Part shown: piece after piece, positions 60,021-64,000 of the stretch
Numbering within the stretch: the first letter of the stretch is position 1
Layout of the letters: every line of letters begins with the position of its first letter
Assembly (NCBI GenBank): GCA_964016885.1
Contig: OZ024755.1
Location: forward strand, 30,442,001-30,506,000
From: Eledone cirrhosa
Lineage: Eukaryota
Reading direction: 5' to 3'
DNA: 64,000 nt
The notes under the pieces: model-generated
The model's database searches: none
The model's input: the letters and a program-made list of their open reading frames with translations, nothing else
What the model was told of the DNA's origin: nothing
Translations under genes and position numbers: made by a program

Positions 60021-60420
60021 CATATACATACATATATACATATATATATATACATATACATACATATATATATATACATATACATACATATATATATATA
60101 CACATACATACATACATATATATATATACACATACATACATACATATACATACATACATATACATACATACATATACATACATACATATACATACATACA
60201 TATATATATATATACATATACATACATACATATACATACATACATATACATACATACATATATATATATACATATACATACATACATATACATACATACA
60301 TATATATATATACATATATATACATATACATACATACATATACATACATACATATATATATATATACATACATATATACATATATACATACACACACACA
60401 CATTATATGTATATATATAC
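58566..60420. repeat. Compound TA/TACA/GA arrays with higher-order units
   Basis: Recurrent tatgtatacatataaatataaatatctatatatcaata and catatacgatta units. Confidence 0.9.
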
Positions 60421-60733
60421 ATAAATAAAATGAAATCATCTTATTGTGTAATCTCACTGATATATCTTATTACTTCGACTTCTTTCTATGTTCTTGTTCT
60501 ACCGATATCCAATCCTTTAACCACTAATATTAAGTGAATCAGTGCATGATATTCTTATGTACGTGTTTATTTGTGCAATAAATTATTTATTTGCTTCTGT
60601 TAATCTCATAACAACAGAATCTGTAGTTTTTGATTCAGTTAATCCATTTATATTACATTTGACAATAATATCTTGATATATACATGCACACGAACCATAT
60701 ACGTATATACATGTATATATAAATGAGTATATT

Positions 60734-60845
<112 letters not shown>

Positions 60846-60867
60846 GAGAGAGGGGGAGAGAGAGAGA

Positions 60868-61490
60868 GGTTGGAAATAGCACAGGAGAAATGTTTAAGGG
60901 TCCGTTTTTCTTTTTTGATTCATCAAAGTAACATTATTGAAAAGTTAGTGTTATTAAAAACGAAAGTGTTATTAAAAAAGAGGGACAATTTTTTATGAAG
61001 TATATAAAGTGTATGAAAAAATTACCGGTTTCGATGTATTAAGATCCTTCTCAAATTTAGTGAAAAATTAATTAAAACAGTTAATTAAAACATTCGTTTT
61101 TTATTTTAATTTTAAAACTTTTTTTACTCCCTTTTTAATTAACACTTTCGTTTATAATAACACTATATTTTCAATAATTGTTTCTACTTTAGGCACAAGG
61201 CCAGCAATTATCCAGTTCATTACTGGTACTTTATTTTATCGACCCCGTAAGGATGAAAGGCAAAGTCAACCTCGGCGGGATTTGAACTCAGATCGTAAAG
61301 TGACGTAACTATGCTGGAAAGCATGGCGTCCGACCCTCTACCGATACTGCCAATCCACCGCCCTATATTTTCAATAATGTAACTTTGATGAATCAAAAAA
61401 GAAAAACAGACCCTTAAACATTTCTCCTGTGCTATTTCCAACTTCTTTTCTCTATACCCACTGTTTTGTATAGAACCTCACTTCCCTTTT
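60868..61490. mobile_element. Fold-back element with central U3-A8 hammerhead (61019-61058 -) and nested SINE (61176-61363 -)
   Basis: 60870-60985 is inverted relative to 61125-61442; SINE TSD ctatattttcaataat; minus strand aaat-TTGAGAA-g-gat(cttaatac)atc-GAAA-ccgg-TA-attt. Confidence 0.7.
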
Positions 61491-61793
61491 CTAATATATA
61501 TATATATATATATACACACACGTTTTGTTTTGTTTTCTGCGGAGCGAGACATTTCTACTCGTCATTAAGATATAAGACCTACGACTTCGTTTGCATCCAA
61601 TGATGTAGACCAGTTCTTCTTTTCGAGGCAAATGCATTCGATGTTCAGCGAGTGGCATTTGCCACATGCAAAGCCTTTCCTCACTTAAAAAAGCTTCAAG
61701 CACAGGCATCGCTTGATATGTGACATTTTATGCGATGCGTGGTATTGCTGGCCATAGGCAAGTCCCAAGAAGGACAAAAGAAATCGAGTTGCA

Positions 61794-61877
<84 letters not shown>

Positions 61878-62039
61878 ATACTTGGGGAGGGTCATATTGT
61901 TGTAATAATATTGCCAGAAATAATAACGGAACACACTCACTGTTTGGTTGATTTTCGAATCTGTATCTTTTATATCTCCATAGTTAATTCATTCGGCCAT
62001 CAATGTTTATCATTGATTGACCAACGGTCAAAAATACAG

Positions 62040-62072
<33 letters not shown>

Positions 62073-62350
62073 GTATTTAGGGTACTATTTATGGTTATGT
62101 ATGCAATAAAACCTTTGATGGCAATATATTATATATACACAAACCCTAAATAGTGAGAGATAGTCTTTAATTATATATATATATATGTAAATATCTTTAA
62201 GTCGTTTGGAAGCCTCGACAATGTAAATGGGTAAATCTCCGGGTAATTTGCATAGTCGAGGCTTCCAAACGACTTAAAGATATTTACTTATTGTTCCACA
62301 ATGCTTCAAGCAAACTTCAATACTCTCTTATATATATATATATATATATA

Positions 62351-64000
62351 GTGACGAAACATAAGTCAATTGCATGAACTCATAATCCTTTATTTACTGC
62401 TATATATATTTCGATGATAGCCATTGAATGGCTATGACCTCATCAGGCAGTTAGTCAGTTCTTAGATATGCCAGCTCTGTGTGTATAGTGTTGATGGTAT
62501 CAGAGCCTGTGGACATATGAGCTTGTTAGGAATATTTTGATGTTGTCAGCGGGAATAGTCTTGATGCTCATTGGTCAGTTTGTAGATGGTAGTAGGTTGG
62601 TATTTGACCTCAAAGAGGCAGGTGGTTCTGTAGGGTTCAAACCATCAGGCAAGATGACAATAGTTCCACATGACTGATTTTCACAAAAGGCATTCTTGGT
62701 CAGATATATTTTTAAATAAGGATAATAGTATGAAATAGATACTACATATAGATACTATATATATATAGTCTAACAAAGTTATTTCGTTGCACATCTGCAA
62801 CATCATCAGTGGTACTATTATGTTTCCTCCTATTGTATTGTATGTCTACGCCATTTTTTATTTTATCTGTTTATTTATTTATTTATTTTTGTCTTCTTCT
62901 CTGCGCATGCGTTTGCGTGTGTGTATAGTGTTTGGTGTGTGTGTTCGCGTTTGGGTGACTGTGTTTTGGTTATTCTATTCTATCTTAGTTTATTAGTGTG
63001 TTTTTATATGTGTTTGTTGTTATTGTGCTTGTGTATATATTTATTTATTTATATTTCTCTTAAGTAAGTTTTGTTTGATTGGGTGTTTTTGTTATTCCAT
63101 TCATTTTTTTTGTTTAGCTTTGGCTTTCTAAGCTCTATTTCACTGGCCTCTCTGATTTGCCTACATGCTGGGTCATTTCTATGTTTAGATATTATTTTAA
63201 TTTTTATGTTGTCTATGTTGCCGTCATGTTGTTGTCTGGCGTGTATAGTACTGAACCATTTTTTTTTCCTTTTAATTCCCCCCAGTGTTGGCCTATTCTT
63301 TCTCCTATGCTTCGAACTGTCTCGCTTATGTATGTTGTTGTCACATTTCTGCAAGTACCCTCTGTACATCTTATGCTATAGACTACATGTCTAGTTTTAC
63401 AGTTTATCTGGAGGTTTACTTTACATATAACACATTTCTTATTAGTACAGTGGGTTTTCTTAAAAGGGTATGCTTTGCTTATCAGAGATTTTATGGTAGG
63501 TCCTGGCTTTTCTACCACTTTACTCTTTAAGTGGGTCTTTCTCAGGGCCTTTCTACATTGGTTAGCTAATTTCCCTCCAGGGGTAGCGTCCACGAACATG
63601 ACTCTCTGGTATCTCTGGTTTTCGTACCATGAGGTGGCTTTCCCTATCTTATGTTTAGTCCTATCTAAGCTATTTGATGATTTGCTCCTATATAATGGAC
63701 AAATTGCTTTCATGTCCAGTTCTATAAGGGTCTTATACTTCTGCGTGGCTCGTTTGTATACTCTGATTCTGTCTCTTTGGTTGTAGCCAGATAACTGCAT
63801 GCGGATGATGAAGTGTTGGGTGTCTTTCCATTTCTGTTGGGTCGCACATGCGGGACACGTTCTTCATCACTCGTACCAAGTCTGCGATCAGAATATTAAA
63901 CTTAGCACTACTGGACATTGTTGAGTTTTTGAGTATCAGGTATTTGGAGGGCCATGGGTTTAGCGTAGTGTGAGTGGAGAATGTGGTCCCGCTCGTCTAT
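62351..64000 (-). mobile_element. Neptune-like Penelope element (RT thumb/CTD, Cys-rich linker, GIY-YIG endonuclease; frameshifted), running off the window end
   Basis: YAKPMA, RMQLSGY, PLYR, FVDATPGGKLA, KVVEKPG, C..C..C, CKTRHVVYSIRC...YISETVRSIGERIGQH, RQIREA..LNKKNEWN; HHR in the 3' UTR. Confidence 0.9.
62396..62451 (-). ncRNA. Type I hammerhead motif (family C) at PLE 3' end
   Basis: Minus strand: actgc-CTGATGA-ggtc-atagcca(ttcaa)tggctat-catc-GAAA-tatata-TA-gcagt, followed by aaataaa. Confidence 0.88.

Overview
Eukaryotic, very AT-rich, repeat-dominated DNA (intron or intergenic), most likely from an octopod cephalopod. That assignment is inferred from the dominant tRNA-derived SINE and the large (TA)n/(CA)n/(GA)n load. 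No host protein-coding gene can be supported, and nearly all ORFs in the track are microsatellite read-through. The window holds over 25 copies or fragments of one tRNA-SINE, a second SINE, decayed LINE fragments (RTE, Dong/R4-like, CR1/L2-like, CRE-like, a CCHC ORF1), a mariner deletion derivative, two non-autonomous Helitron copies and Penelope-like element (PLE) remnants. The main unannotated signal is a dense set of type I hammerhead ribozyme (HHR) motifs: about 20 complete or near-complete copies plus half-motifs, in at least 7 distinct sequence families. They lie in short fold-back elements inserted in (TA)n microsatellites, and two families are physically linked to PLE GIY-YIG ORFs. Several families have non-canonical cores (U3-A8 covariation, A4, U.U in place of G10.1-C11.1). 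Some insertions carry a ribozyme on both strands or copy neighbouring genomic DNA. All structures were folded by eye, and cleavage activity is untested.
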